The translations under genes were made by a program, and so were the position numbers. Below are positions 1 through 10,065 of a DNA stretch of 64,000 bases, one piece after another. Origin of the DNA: an uncultured Lachnospiraceae bacterium (GTDB lineage: Bacteria > Bacillota > Clostridia > Lachnospirales > Lachnospiraceae); NCBI GenBank assembly GCA_934317005.1, contig CAKREB010000008.1:82258-146257 (forward strand). The letters run 5' to 3'. How positions within the stretch are numbered: the stretch's first letter is position 1; each line of letters starts with the position of its first letter. A model generated the notes under the pieces. The model was not told where the DNA came from, made no database searches, and was given only the letters and a program-made list of their open reading frames with translations.

Positions 1-976
1 TATCCTCAAAAGCAAGATCAATCTGATCCAGCTTACCGTCAATACATGCTTCCATGACATCAATAATATCATTTTTCATACGTGGAAGAACAACCTGTGC
101 TTCCGGATCACCAAAACGTGCATTGTACTCTAATACCTTAGGGCCGTCCTGTGTCAGCATCAATCCGACAAAGAGAATACCAACAAAATCTCTGCCCTCT
201 GCTTTCATGGCATCCATCGTAGGCTGATAGATATTTTTCTCACAAAATTCCTGAATTTCCTCTGTATAGAAAGGACTAGGAGAAAATGTACCCATACCAC
301 CGGTATTTAATCCCTGATCCCCATCCTTTGCTCTCTTATGATCCTGCGCACTCGTCATTGGCTTGATATGCGTACCGTCACAATAGCAAAGAACAGATAC
401 CTCTCTACCTGTCATAAAATCTTCTATAACAACCGTTTCTCCAGCTGCGCCAAACTGCTTATCAAGCATCAATGTATCAATGCCTGCTTCTGCCTCTTCT
501 AACGTATTACAGATCAAAACGCCTTTTCCAAGTGCAAGTCCGTCTGCCTTTAAAACAATCGGGTACGAAACATTTTCCAGATAAAGCAGTGCTTCTTCCG
601 GCGAATGAAATGTTTCATAGTGACAAGTCGGAATATTATACTTCTTCATCAGATCCTTAGAAAAGCTCTTGGAACCTTCAATAATCGCTGCGTTTTTGCG
701 AGGACCAAATACACGAAGTCCCCTCTCTTCAAAAACATCTACAATTCCACCAACCAGTGGATCATCCATACCGATGATCGTCAGGTCGATCGCATTTTCC
801 TGTGCAAAATCAGCCAGCTTATCAAATTCCATTGCCCCGATATCCACACATTCTGCGAGTTCACTAATACCACCATTTCCCGGTGCACAGTATATTTTGT
901 CTACCTTACTGCTTTGCGATACACTCCAGGCAATGGCATGCTCACGTCCACCGCTTCCTACAATTAAAACCTTCAT
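1..976 (-). CDS. purD: Phosphoribosylamine--glycine ligase (GAR synthetase), N-terminal ~325 aa; the C-terminus lies beyond the window start
   Basis: Reverse-strand translation from the ATG at 976 gives MKVLIVGSGGREHAIAWSV...ATP-grasp motifs; downstream of purN in the same orientation. Confidence 0.85.
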   Translation of the reverse strand, partial: MKVLIVGSGGREHAIAWSVSQSSKVDKIYCAPGNGGISELAECVDIGAMEFDKLADFAQENAIDLTIIGMDDPLVGGIVDVFEERGLRVFGPRKNAAIIEGSKSFSKDLMKKYNIPTCHYETFHSPEEALLYLENVSYPIVLKADGLALGKGVLICNTLEEAEAGIDTLMLDKQFGAAGETVVIEDFMTGREVSVLCYCDGTHIKPMTSAQDHKRAKDGDQGLNTGGMGTFSPSPFYTEEIQEFCEKNIYQPTMDAMKAEGRDFVGILFVGLMLTQDGPKVLEYNARFGDPEAQVVLPRMKNDIIDVMEACIDGKLDQIDLAFED

Positions 977-1004
977 GAAATTAACGCTCCTCTCTCACGT
1001 TTCA

Positions 1005-1631
1005 TCACTCTTTTATATGAGCGATTCCATCTATGACTTCCACTTTTCCCTGACCGATCAGGTCAATGGCATGAGGCAGAATAATCCACTCTGCCTGCTC
1101 CATCACTCTTTTTTGCAGTATTTCAGGAGTATCGTTCTCCTTAACCTCAACTGCCTTCTGTAATATGATTGGACCGTGATCCGCTTCTTCATCTACAAAA
1201 TGTACCGTTGCCCCGGTCACTTTGTTGCCGGTAGCAAGAACACTTTCATGCACTTTAAGACCATAGTATCCCATACCGCAATGTGACGGAATCAGGGATG
1301 GATGAATGTTGATGATCTTATTGTGATAATGCTGCACAAGAACCTTTGGAATGATTACCAGATAACCTGCCAAAACGACCAGATCGATCTGATATTTCTG
1401 AAACAGCTCAACCATCGCATTACCAAACGCCTCCCGATCATCGTAATCTTTGGGACTTATGTACTTTGCATCAATTCCGGCATTTTTTGCACGTTCCAAT
1501 GCATAGGCATCCTGCTTGTTGCTGACAACAAGAGCAATCTCTGTATCACGGATCGTATGATTGGCAACCGCATCAATGATTGCCTGTAAATTCGTTCCGC
1601 CACCGGAAACGCATACTGCTATTTTCTGCAT
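1005..1631 (-). CDS. purN: Phosphoribosylglycinamide formyltransferase
   Basis: 208 aa, MQKIAVCVSGGGTNLQAIIDA N-terminus and the HPSLLP-type motif (IHPSLIPSHCG); lies between purM and purD. Confidence 0.85.
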   Translation of the reverse strand: MQKIAVCVSGGGTNLQAIIDAVANHTIRDTEIALVVSNKQDAYALERAKNAGIDAKYISPKDYDDREAFGNAMVELFQKYQIDLVVLAGYLVIIPKVLVQHYHNKIINIHPSLIPSHCGMGYYGLKVHESVLATGNKVTGATVHFVDEEADHGPIILQKAVEVKENDTPEILQKRVMEQAEWIILPHAIDLIGQGKVEVIDGIAHIKE

Positions 1632-1757
1632 ATGTAATCCTCATTTCAATGCGCAGCGTATATATCACTCTTTATTTATATATACGCTGTACGCAGTTTT
1701 ATTTTTGATATTCTGCTTTTTACAAACACTTTGCACGTATCTGATTTTTAAAAAGGC

Positions 1758-2786
1758 TTACAGTAATGTTACACCCTTTTCACCTTCTACGATCTCACCA
1801 ACGATAAAGCCCTTCTGTCCGGACTGATTGATCAGTTCTACCGTCTTGTCTGCATCCTTTGCATCTACAGCGAGCATCATACCAATACCCATATTATATG
1901 TATTGTACATCATTTCTCTGGCAATATCTCCATCCTTTGCAAGCATATCAAAGATAGCCGGAACCTCATAGCTGTCTGTCTTAATCTGTGCACGCACACC
2001 ATCATGAAGCATACGTGGAATATTTTCGTAAAAACCGCCACCGGTAATATGACTGCAGCCTTTGATTGTTACGCCGCCTTCTTTTACGGTACGGAGTGCC
2101 TTTACATAGATGATTGTCGGAGTAAGAAGAGTTTCTCCGAGAGATTTACCACCAAGACATTCATATGTCTTTGATAATGATTCCTTTTTCATTTCAAATA
2201 CTTTACGAACCAGAGAATAACCATTGCTGTGAATACCGGAAGATGCGATACCAACTAAAACATCTCCTTTTGCAATACTTTTGCCTGTGATCATGTTTTT
2301 GCGGTCAACCACACCAACGGCAAATCCGGCAAGATCGTATTCATCTACAGGATAAAAGCCCGGCATCTCTGCTGTTTCACCACCGATCAGAGCAGCACTG
2401 GACTGACGGCATCCCTCTGCAACACCAGAAACAATCGATGCGATCTTTTCCGGCTCGTTTTTACCACATGCAATATAATCTAAGAAAAATAATGGTTCAC
2501 CACCTGCGCATGCAATATCATTGACACACATGGCAACACAGTCAACACCTACCGTGTCATGCTTGTCCATCTCAAAAGCTACCTTTAACTTTGTTCCAAC
2601 ACCATCTGTACCGGAAACCAATGTAGGCTGTTCCATGTTTTTAAATGCTTCCATTGAGAATGCGCCGGAAAATCCGCCGATATCTGTCAACACCTCACTG
2701 CGCATAGTGCTTGCAATATGCTCTTTCATCAGTTCAACTGCTTTGTAACCAGCTTCGATGTCAACTCCTGCTTTTTTGTAATCCAT
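1758..2786 (-). CDS. purM: Phosphoribosylformylglycinamidine cyclo-ligase (AIR synthetase)
   Basis: [14 protein letters not shown]...PurM signature. The internal ATG at 2786 with a GGAGG RBS is preferred over the 2798 start. Confidence 0.9.
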   Translation of the reverse strand: MDYKKAGVDIEAGYKAVELMKEHIASTMRSEVLTDIGGFSGAFSMEAFKNMEQPTLVSGTDGVGTKLKVAFEMDKHDTVGVDCVAMCVNDIACAGGEPLFFLDYIACGKNEPEKIASIVSGVAEGCRQSSAALIGGETAEMPGFYPVDEYDLAGFAVGVVDRKNMITGKSIAKGDVLVGIASSGIHSNGYSLVRKVFEMKKESLSKTYECLGGKSLGETLLTPTIIYVKALRTVKEGGVTIKGCSHITGGGFYENIPRMLHDGVRAQIKTDSYEVPAIFDMLAKDGDIAREMMYNTYNMGIGMMLAVDAKDADKTVELINQSGQKGFIVGEIVEGEKGVTLL

Positions 2787-2956
2787 TATTGCCTCCATTC
2801 TGCCTGTTTATGGCAAATTAAATTTACGCTATCGTCAAAAATGACTGAATCATTTTTCATTTTAACATATTCTTAACATTTTTTCTACGTTTGTTTTTAA
2901 AATTTGAAAAGATTTGAAAAGAAAACGTTCATTTTTCGGATAAATAGCAACAAATT

Positions 2957-5392
2957 TCAGTGATTTAAGCCATTTTTCCCATTATTCCGGTAACCTTTTA
3001 TGTAAAATGTGTTTCCATCCGTCTGTATGCATATCGCACCTCTTTCCTGTGTCTGCCAGACACTACACCCTCTGTCTGTCAGGCGTTTTAAAAGCTCCTT
3101 ATGCGGATGCCCGTAGCGGTTATGTTTTCCGCATGAAATACAGGCATAGCGCGGACAGATGACATCTAAAAACGCATCACTGCTCGCATATTTCGAACCA
3201 TGATGGGCAACCTTTAAAATGTCACACTTAGCAGATATTCTTTTTAACTCCTCCTGCACTGCATTCTCTCCATTTTTTTCCAGATCTCCGGTAAAAAGCA
3301 TCGAAAATCTGTTACAGATAAGGCGCAGTGTCGTAGAATATGCATTCGCTGAATCTGCTAGAAAATCTTTTTCCGGATGGATACACTCTAACGTAAAATC
3401 AGCAAAAGAAAAGCGATCTCCACGCCTGATCAGTTGTATGGCAACCCGATATTTTTGCGCTGTCTGTATCATGTTCCGATAATTTTCATCCTGACAGGAC
3501 TGCTCCGGCTGTGGCAGCAAAAGAACACCGATAGAAATTCCATTTTGCTTTTGCTGCTGCATTAACTCAAGCTGTCCGGAAATGTGATCCTCGTCAGCAT
3601 GTGTCATGATCATATAGTCGATTCTTGAAATGCCATAATACTTTAAGAAAGGTGTGATGCGATACTTGCCTACTTTTCCACTGTCTGTACTGCCTCCGTC
3701 AATTAAGATCGTCGTTCCATCTTTTGCATGAAGAACGATACCATCCCCCTGACCGACATCCAATATCGTAATCATCATTTTCGGTTGTGCCGTTGACATA
3801 TTTAGAAAAAAGACTGCAAGACAAAGAAAACATACCGTTAATAGCTTATATTTTCTTGAAAATTCTGTCTTGGCATAACGCGTCCAATAAAGGTATACCA
3901 ATATCAGTGTCATAAAAAGAATAAATAAAACAATCGAAAGAAGCTGTGGACGTCCAAGAATAAGAATCGGCTTTGGAAAGGTCAAAAAGGTCTCACACAT
4001 ACTTTTATAATATTGTAAAATCTTTTCTACCATCTGCAAAGGTAGAGCCGCTGCCGGCAGGCAGATAAGCCCTGCCACTCCTCCAAGCAAGGCTAAGATC
4101 AGGCAGACAGACATAACCGGCAGGATCAAAAGGTTAATTAATATACCATATGTAGGAACCTCATAGAAAAAATATGCTGCCACCGGCAAGGTTGTCAGAT
4201 TAACCGACAAGCTAAATAAAAAGGCAGAGATCATTTTATTTGGAAACGCATAAAGTACAGAAGCTGTCTTTGGAAAACGGCTGTTTTTACACCATTCTTT
4301 TCTCTTTCGCAGATTCTGCCTATGGTACGCCCGCTCTTCCTTTACTGTTCCAATCCATAAGGTTCGCAAAGCAGGATAGGTAATATGACATGCAAAGGCT
4401 GCGGTATAGGATAAAAGAAAACTCGCAGAAAATACAGCATACGGTTTTTGCAGCAATGTAAAAATAACTCCAAACGAAAGTGCCGATAGCGCATCATAGC
4501 TTCGATCCGTTTCTCTTGCTGTAATCCATAAAAGCATCATGATAACGGCGCGTGTCGTTGCAATTCCAAACCCTGTCAGCATCCCATAGGAAAGCAAAAA
4601 GAATATAGCAAGCAGATACGGAAACGGTCTGGGAAGCTGTATCCATAGCAAAAAACGGTATAAAGACAGACATAAAATAGAAATGTGCAGACCACTGATA
4701 GACAGAATATGGCCAATCCCATTTACCTGGTACAGTGACTTGATATCACCATCCAGCAAAGAACGTTCTCCAAGCAGCATAGAACACACTACACCCGCAG
4801 ACTCTTTATCCATACACTGATAGTACACCTTTTTCATATGCTCCCGAAGCTGTAACAATGTTTCCTGATACCGGTCCGTTTTTTCCTTTTGGATGATAAT
4901 CTGTGAAGAGATCATTTTATAATATATATTCTGCTCCCGATAATATTGCCGTTCATTATACTGACCTGGATTTGCCGGCGTCAAAAACGGCATAATCTTT
5001 CCTTTGACTGCTATTATATTTCCTATATGCAGCTTGGGCTTTTGCAATGTTTTTTGGGAATCATAACGTTCAAAATTCTGTGAAGAAAAGTCCGATGTCT
5101 GTTTTTTTGATAAATTCTGAACAACCAGAAAATGAGAAAAGCAAAATGACTGCTTCTTTTTAGATAAAGATAAAACCACAGTAACATCATCTAAATAATA
5201 ATAGGTGGCAGCAGTTTTTTGTTCCATCCGTGCAAGCTTCCCAGAAGCTTCTCCTACTGCCTGTCCTGTATCATCTATACAGGAATCTAAAATATAATCT
5301 TTTTGATCGATCGAATCTCCATAAAAAAAGCGAAACGTGAAAAATCCGATCAATAGGATTACAGCAACCCATACCAGTGGGCGCTTAAACAT
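2957..5392 (-). CDS. comEC: DNA internalization competence protein ComEC/Rec2 (polytopic membrane domain plus C-terminal metallo-beta-lactamase domain)
   Basis: 811 aa, many TM helices, MIMTHADEDHISG metallo-hydrolase motif near the C-terminus. Confidence 0.85.
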   Translation of the reverse strand: MFKRPLVWVAVILLIGFFTFRFFYGDSIDQKDYILDSCIDDTGQAVGEASGKLARMEQKTAATYYYLDDVTVVLSLSKKKQSFCFSHFLVVQNLSKKQTSDFSSQNFERYDSQKTLQKPKLHIGNIIAVKGKIMPFLTPANPGQYNERQYYREQNIYYKMISSQIIIQKEKTDRYQETLLQLREHMKKVYYQCMDKESAGVVCSMLLGERSLLDGDIKSLYQVNGIGHILSISGLHISILCLSLYRFLLWIQLPRPFPYLLAIFFLLSYGMLTGFGIATTRAVIMMLLWITARETDRSYDALSALSFGVIFTLLQKPYAVFSASFLLSYTAAFACHITYPALRTLWIGTVKEERAYHRQNLRKRKEWCKNSRFPKTASVLYAFPNKMISAFLFSLSVNLTTLPVAAYFFYEVPTYGILINLLILPVMSVCLILALLGGVAGLICLPAAALPLQMVEKILQYYKSMCETFLTFPKPILILGRPQLLSIVLFILFMTLILVYLYWTRYAKTEFSRKYKLLTVCFLCLAVFFLNMSTAQPKMMITILDVGQGDGIVLHAKDGTTILIDGGSTDSGKVGKYRITPFLKYYGISRIDYMIMTHADEDHISGQLELMQQQKQNGISIGVLLLPQPEQSCQDENYRNMIQTAQKYRVAIQLIRRGDRFSFADFTLECIHPEKDFLADSANAYSTTLRLICNRFSMLFTGDLEKNGENAVQEELKRISAKCDILKVAHHGSKYASSDAFLDVICPRYACISCGKHNRYGHPHKELLKRLTDRGCSVWQTQERGAICIQTDGNTFYIKGYRNNGKNGLNH

Positions 5393-5404
5393 AACACTCC
5401 CCCT

Positions 5405-6367
5405 TTACTTAACGACAATATCCAGATTACTTTCAAATGGCTCACCAAAATTAATCCGTTCATCATATAAAAGAACCTGTTGTCCATCAATACTAAATTG
5501 TACCTTGTTGATATTGGAAAGCTCTACTAATGTATTCACTACAGAATAAATAGCGACCTCATCCGATACATTGTCACGCTTCTCTAAGAATTCAGAGGAA
5601 AGGTCAAGATAACAGGTATTTTCCTTAATAGAAATCTTATTGATCTGTGTGCCATCCGGTATTGTTTTTAACATTCTTTTCTGATTTGTACCATTGATCG
5701 CATCCGGTCCTTTCATAAGCTGTTCCATCGCAAGTTGCTCTAACGGAATAGTAGCATCATAAGTTACTTTTACCGGAATCTCCACCAGTCCCATTCCGGC
5801 ACTGTCAGAAAAATACATATTCAATGTAGCCGTCTGCGTATATGCCGTTTCACCGGTATTATCAATAAAGGTTTCTGCTGTCATAAAACCAATCGCATTC
5901 ATATTTGAATCTGTCAAAGGCTGTCCTGCCACATAAAACTGAACACTTCTTACATCCGGAATCTGACAAAGCGTTTTAACAATTGCTGCACGTCGTAAAA
6001 TCTCAGAAACACCGGAATAATTTCCGTATGAAGCTGTCCAATACAGGCACAGATCTCCTTTTTCATTTAAGGTATAGTTATCCAGTGTCACTTTATCCGG
6101 AATTGCCTTTTTTAGCGAAATATCTCTCGGCTCCTTTTCCATCCGTCTGATCAATTCCTGTATCAGCTTCTCTGTATCACTATTTTTTTTATGATACTTT
6201 TCAGTGGCAACCTTTGTTTCATTCGCATCCAGACAATAAATATAATATCCCTTATAATCAGAGTCTTTCTTTTTGCAGCCAGTCAGAAGAAAGCACATGC
6301 AAAAAAATACACCAATCAGTGCAAAGAAATGAATCGTATAATTTTGTAAATATGCTTTTCTTTTCAT
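5405..6367 (-). CDS. Lipoprotein with two GerMN domains (GerM-like sporulation/germination lipoprotein)
   Basis: Signal peptide with an LTGCKKK lipobox; two copies of the LMKGP...IP.GT.I..ISI..N.CYLDLSSEF GerMN-type pattern. The ATG at 6367 with a GGAG RBS is preferred over the TTG at 6379. Confidence 0.55.
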   Translation of the reverse strand: MKRKAYLQNYTIHFFALIGVFFCMCFLLTGCKKKDSDYKGYYIYCLDANETKVATEKYHKKNSDTEKLIQELIRRMEKEPRDISLKKAIPDKVTLDNYTLNEKGDLCLYWTASYGNYSGVSEILRRAAIVKTLCQIPDVRSVQFYVAGQPLTDSNMNAIGFMTAETFIDNTGETAYTQTATLNMYFSDSAGMGLVEIPVKVTYDATIPLEQLAMEQLMKGPDAINGTNQKRMLKTIPDGTQINKISIKENTCYLDLSSEFLEKRDNVSDEVAIYSVVNTLVELSNINKVQFSIDGQQVLLYDERINFGEPFESNLDIVVK

Positions 6368-6384
6368 GATAATCTCCAATCCTG

Positions 6385-7830
6385 TTAATTGACATCAGAG
6401 GCAACATAGTATAATGGAATACGAACCGTAAATGTGGTTCCTTCCTTTTCCTTACTGTATACCTTTATGGAACCGCGGTGCAGTAAAATGACATTTCTGG
6501 TGAGAGAAAGTCCCAGTCCTGTTCCTCCTGTTTCACGGGAACGTGCCTTGTCCACACGATAAAAACGCTCGAATATCTTTTCCTGAAACTCTTCCGGAAT
6601 ACCAACACCGGAATCCTGAATCTTTACATAGAAAAACTTATGATCCGCATTGAGCGTCACACGAACCCAGCCGTCATCATAGTTATATTTGATTGCATTT
6701 TCTATCAGATTGTTCAATGCAATGGAAATCTTAACCTCGTCAACGTCAGCTGACACCGGGCGGAAGCTTTCATAGATCACTTCAATATTTCGCTCTGCCG
6801 CAATCGGACGAAGACGCTTTAAAAGCTGTTCTAACAAATCATTGATATTAATATTTGTAATATTCATCTTTGCATTGTTTTTATCAAGCTTTACCATCGA
6901 TAAAAGATCATTGATGATCTGTGTCATTCGTTCAATCTCATGCGTAATATCAACCAGAAATTCCCGATAAAGTTCTTCCGGCATTCCCTCCTGCGAAAGC
7001 AGAGAATCCGACAACACCTTCATAGAAGCAAGCGGTGTCTTTAACTCATGTGACACATTAGAAACAAATTCCTGACGTGAAGTATCCTGCTCCTGAATAT
7101 AACCGATCATTTTATTAAAGGAATCTGAAATAGACAATAACTCTGAATATGTACGCAGCTCCAAAGACACATCCATATCCCCTCGCGTAATCTCATCAAT
7201 GGATTCCGTAACCTTTTGCAATGGCTTTGATAACAAAGAGGAATACAGCAAAGAGAAGATTAAAATACAGATAGCAAATGCAAGTAGTAAAAGAAGTGCT
7301 CTGTAGTTAACAGACTCCTCCAGCAGATGAAGATTTTTTGTAGAAAAACTAATTAAGATCACACCGACAGTCTGCTCCGTAGATGGTTCTACAATAGGCA
7401 GTGTCAACTGAATGTAATCGCCAATCTCATTGACATAACGCGCCTTGGAATCGTAGAAACACTGTACAATCTCCGTGGAAATGGCAATCTTTCCCTTCTC
7501 AAGATCGTAGGTATCCTTGATAATATTTAAGTTCTGGTCAACCACCATAACTCTTCCCTGATAAACATTGGCTACTTCCTCTGTTTCACGCTCCACATCA
7601 TCTGAATCCTGTCCGGACAGATAACCGGACGATAAGATCAGGTTTGAAATAACATTTCCATAGGATTGCAATTCTTCCGTTTTTTGTGAAATAATCTGAG
7701 AATTGTATGCCTTTAATAGAATGTTGGAGATCAAAACAACCGGAATGATTCCAACACAAAACATAACAAAGAATACCTGCACACGCAAAGAGCGCAACTT
7801 ATACCATAGATCCTTCCATTTCTCCCTCAC
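6385..7830 (-). CDS. Sensor histidine kinase (2 TM + periplasmic loop + HAMP + HisKA + HATPase_c)
   Basis: H-box VSNVSHELKTPLASM, GLGLS G-box; probable GTG start with a GGAGG RBS. Confidence 0.8.
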   Translation of the reverse strand: MREKWKDLWYKLRSLRVQVFFVMFCVGIIPVVLISNILLKAYNSQIISQKTEELQSYGNVISNLILSSGYLSGQDSDDVERETEEVANVYQGRVMVVDQNLNIIKDTYDLEKGKIAISTEIVQCFYDSKARYVNEIGDYIQLTLPIVEPSTEQTVGVILISFSTKNLHLLEESVNYRALLLLLAFAICILIFSLLYSSLLSKPLQKVTESIDEITRGDMDVSLELRTYSELLSISDSFNKMIGYIQEQDTSRQEFVSNVSHELKTPLASMKVLSDSLLSQEGMPEELYREFLVDITHEIERMTQIINDLLSMVKLDKNNAKMNITNININDLLEQLLKRLRPIAAERNIEVIYESFRPVSADVDEVKISIALNNLIENAIKYNYDDGWVRVTLNADHKFFYVKIQDSGVGIPEEFQEKIFERFYRVDKARSRETGGTGLGLSLTRNVILLHRGSIKVYSKEKEGTTFTVRIPLYYVASDVN

Positions 7831-7857
7831 AACGATTCCTCCGGACTTTCCTGACGT

Positions 7858-8547
7858 TTATTTTTGGAAATAATAACCTACTCCCCATTTGGTGTGGATA
7901 TACGTTGGCTCACTCGGTGTATCTTCAATCTTTTCACGCAGACGACGAATATGTACATCCACTGTACGGACATCACCGGGATATTCATATCCCCATACCG
8001 TATTTAACAGTTCCTCACGACTGTACACTTTGTTTGGATGCATCATCAAAAGCTCTAACAGATCAAACTCTTTTGCTGTCAGATTGACTTCTTTTTCTCC
8101 AATATATCCACGGCGGCTGTCAATATTGATATGAAGCTCTCCGGATGAAAGTTCCTTGCTTTCTACTTCCTTTGGTGCCTTTGGCTCACTTCGACGCATA
8201 ATTGCTTTAATGCGTGCCTTTACCTCTAATATATTAAATGGCTTTGTGATATAATCATCTGCACCATATTCCAGTCCAAGAATTTTGTCCATATCGTCAC
8301 CCTTTGCCGTCAGCATAATAATAGGCACATCGGAATACTCACGAATCTGCTGACAAACTTCAAAGCCGGTAAATTTTGGCAGCATCACATCTAATAAAAT
8401 GACATCGTATTGATTCTTAGCAGCAAGATCCAGTGCCTCCTGACCATCATAAGCACAATCAACCACCATATCATCCTGTTCTAAACTAAAACGGATTCCT
8501 TTTACGATCAATTTCTCGTCATCCACTACCAAAACTTTTCTGGACAT
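7858..8547 (-). CDS. OmpR-family response regulator (REC + winged helix)
   Basis: KVLVVDDE...DVILLDVMLP...winged-helix C-terminus; start moved to the ATG at 8547 with an RBS. Confidence 0.85.
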   Translation of the reverse strand: MSRKVLVVDDEKLIVKGIRFSLEQDDMVVDCAYDGQEALDLAAKNQYDVILLDVMLPKFTGFEVCQQIREYSDVPIIMLTAKGDDMDKILGLEYGADDYITKPFNILEVKARIKAIMRRSEPKAPKEVESKELSSGELHINIDSRRGYIGEKEVNLTAKEFDLLELLMMHPNKVYSREELLNTVWGYEYPGDVRTVDVHIRRLREKIEDTPSEPTYIHTKWGVGYYFQK

Positions 8548-8567
8548 CTTTTCTTTTCCCCCTAAAT

Positions 8568-9200
8568 TCATGTAATTGTGATCAAATCTTTGATTTTATG
8601 ATAAACGCCTTCCTTAATGCCGGATATTTTCATCAGATCTTCCTTCTTCGCAAAAAGCCCCTCTTTCGTGCGATATGTTATGATCATCTCTGCCTTTGCC
8701 TTGCCAATTCCCGGCAATGTCATCAATTCCTCTAAAGACGCTTTATTAATATTAATCTGTTTACTTTCTGACGAAGCATTCGCAGACAACGAAGCTGTCT
8801 TTGCCATCGCTCCCTTTTTCATCTGCTTTTTAGTTAAGACACAGATCTGCTCGCCATCATTTAACACTCTTGCCAAATTGATGGAATCTTTTGCAGCTTC
8901 CTTGGTAAAACCCTGCACTGCCCGAATCGCATCATCAACACGTGCTGTGCCATGATAGCGAAACAGTCCCGGTTTTCTTACGGCACCGGACACATAGACG
9001 GCACACTCTTTGCTGTCAGATGCTTCAACGGGCTCCGAAGAACTCTCTGTTGGCTTTTCTGTCTGTGTGCTGTCTGCAAACTCTGCTATCGTATCCTGCG
9101 ATACACGGACACTCTCTTTTTGCTGCTTCCAAAAAAGGAAACCGGCAAGCAATAGAAACACCATGCAGATTCCAATTATAATACGTGTATCCTTTTTCAT
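8568..9200 (-). CDS. comEA: Competence protein ComEA (SLBB domain + tandem helix-hairpin-helix DNA-binding domain)
   Basis: N-terminal TM, AVYVSGAVRKPGLFRY SLBB motif, ININKASLEELMTLPGIGKAKAEMII HhH motif; ATG at 9200 with a GGAGG RBS. Confidence 0.8.
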   Translation of the reverse strand: MKKDTRIIIGICMVFLLLAGFLFWKQQKESVRVSQDTIAEFADSTQTEKPTESSSEPVEASDSKECAVYVSGAVRKPGLFRYHGTARVDDAIRAVQGFTKEAAKDSINLARVLNDGEQICVLTKKQMKKGAMAKTASLSANASSESKQININKASLEELMTLPGIGKAKAEMIITYRTKEGLFAKKEDLMKISGIKEGVYHKIKDLITIT

Positions 9201-9458
9201 AATAACCTCCATTCTGCTTAAGTCATCTTCTGATCGATTCAAGACAACTCAAAACGATCTTAGGTGATATCACCTGAATTTTGGTTATGAAAATGCATAC
9301 AGTCAATTCTATAAACTCCAACTAACATTCTAACGAATTTGTAACCGATTTACAATAGCCACAATCCACAAAAATCTTAAGATATTATTAAACTTTTTTG
9401 AAAAGTTCACTACATGGGAGAATTACTCATTCTCTGTACTTTCCAAACACTGCTTTTC

Positions 9459-9902
9459 CTAAAAAAGCTCTTTCCATTTGAAAATAACAATTCCGGCAAT
9501 AAACACAACGACACCGGCAAGCTTCATCCAGTCAAAGCCGACCTTTTGTATGCCAAACCACCCAAACAATTCTACCAGATATGCAGCGATCAACTGTGCT
9601 GCAATAATAAACAATACAGCTTTAGCAGGTCCTAACTGTTCCATCCCTACAATGACCGTATACGTGATAAATGCACCCATGACACCACCAAGTAACATAT
9701 AAAGCGGCTTTACATGAAGCAAACCACTAAAACTTCCCTCCCTGCCCGTGATAAACCACGCGGCAAGGCAGACAATTAGTGCAGAGAACTGCACAAAAGA
9801 AGCCGAAACCCATTCACTGGTCTGTTTTGTAACCTGCGTATTAAAAATTCCCTGCAAAGCCATCAGTGTTCCTGACACGATTGAAATCAACATTCCTAAC
9901 AT
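9459..9902 (-). CDS. Small DMT-superfamily membrane protein (DUF606/YdcZ-like), about 147 aa
   Basis: 4-5 TM helices and no soluble domain. The ATG at 9902 with a perfect AAGGAG RBS is preferred over the upstream TTG. Confidence 0.45.
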   Translation of the reverse strand: MLGMLISIVSGTLMALQGIFNTQVTKQTSEWVSASFVQFSALIVCLAAWFITGREGSFSGLLHVKPLYMLLGGVMGAFITYTVIVGMEQLGPAKAVLFIIAAQLIAAYLVELFGWFGIQKVGFDWMKLAGVVVFIAGIVIFKWKELF

Positions 9903-9942
9903 AAAAAAACTCCTTATACGTCTGAGATTGACGCAAAGGAGT
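9903..9942 (-). terminator. Hairpin (ACTCCTT/AAGGAGT) followed by a T-run. Likely argD terminator whose 3' arm is the RBS of the downstream gene
   Basis: 7-bp stem, 20-nt loop, then TTTTTTT immediately before the ATG at 9902. Confidence 0.4.
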
Positions 9943-10065
9943 TTTTGCAAAAGGAAGCCTATCCCCTCTGCATCTGAAAATAGCATATCCAACTGCTATC
10001 TTTTTATGCAAAGTAAGAACACTTTCTAACCGTATCATATGATATTGGGGCGAAAGCAGCTATCC

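Noticed and set aside
605-1163. Plus-strand ORFs overlapping purD and purN antisense
   Set aside because: Antisense shadows of well-supported minus-strand genes.
2799-2956. Possible purine riboswitch upstream of purM
   Set aside because: purM is internal to the pur operon and the region lacks the conserved purine-aptamer junction sequences. It is AT-rich promoter-like DNA only.
8617-9267. Several plus-strand ORFs of 67-112 aa
   Set aside because: Antisense of comEA; no RBS or motifs.
9903-9992. N-terminal 30 codons of the 177-aa ORF (TTG start)
   Set aside because: The internal ATG at 9902 has a perfect AAGGAG RBS, and the upstream segment is occupied by the terminator hairpin.
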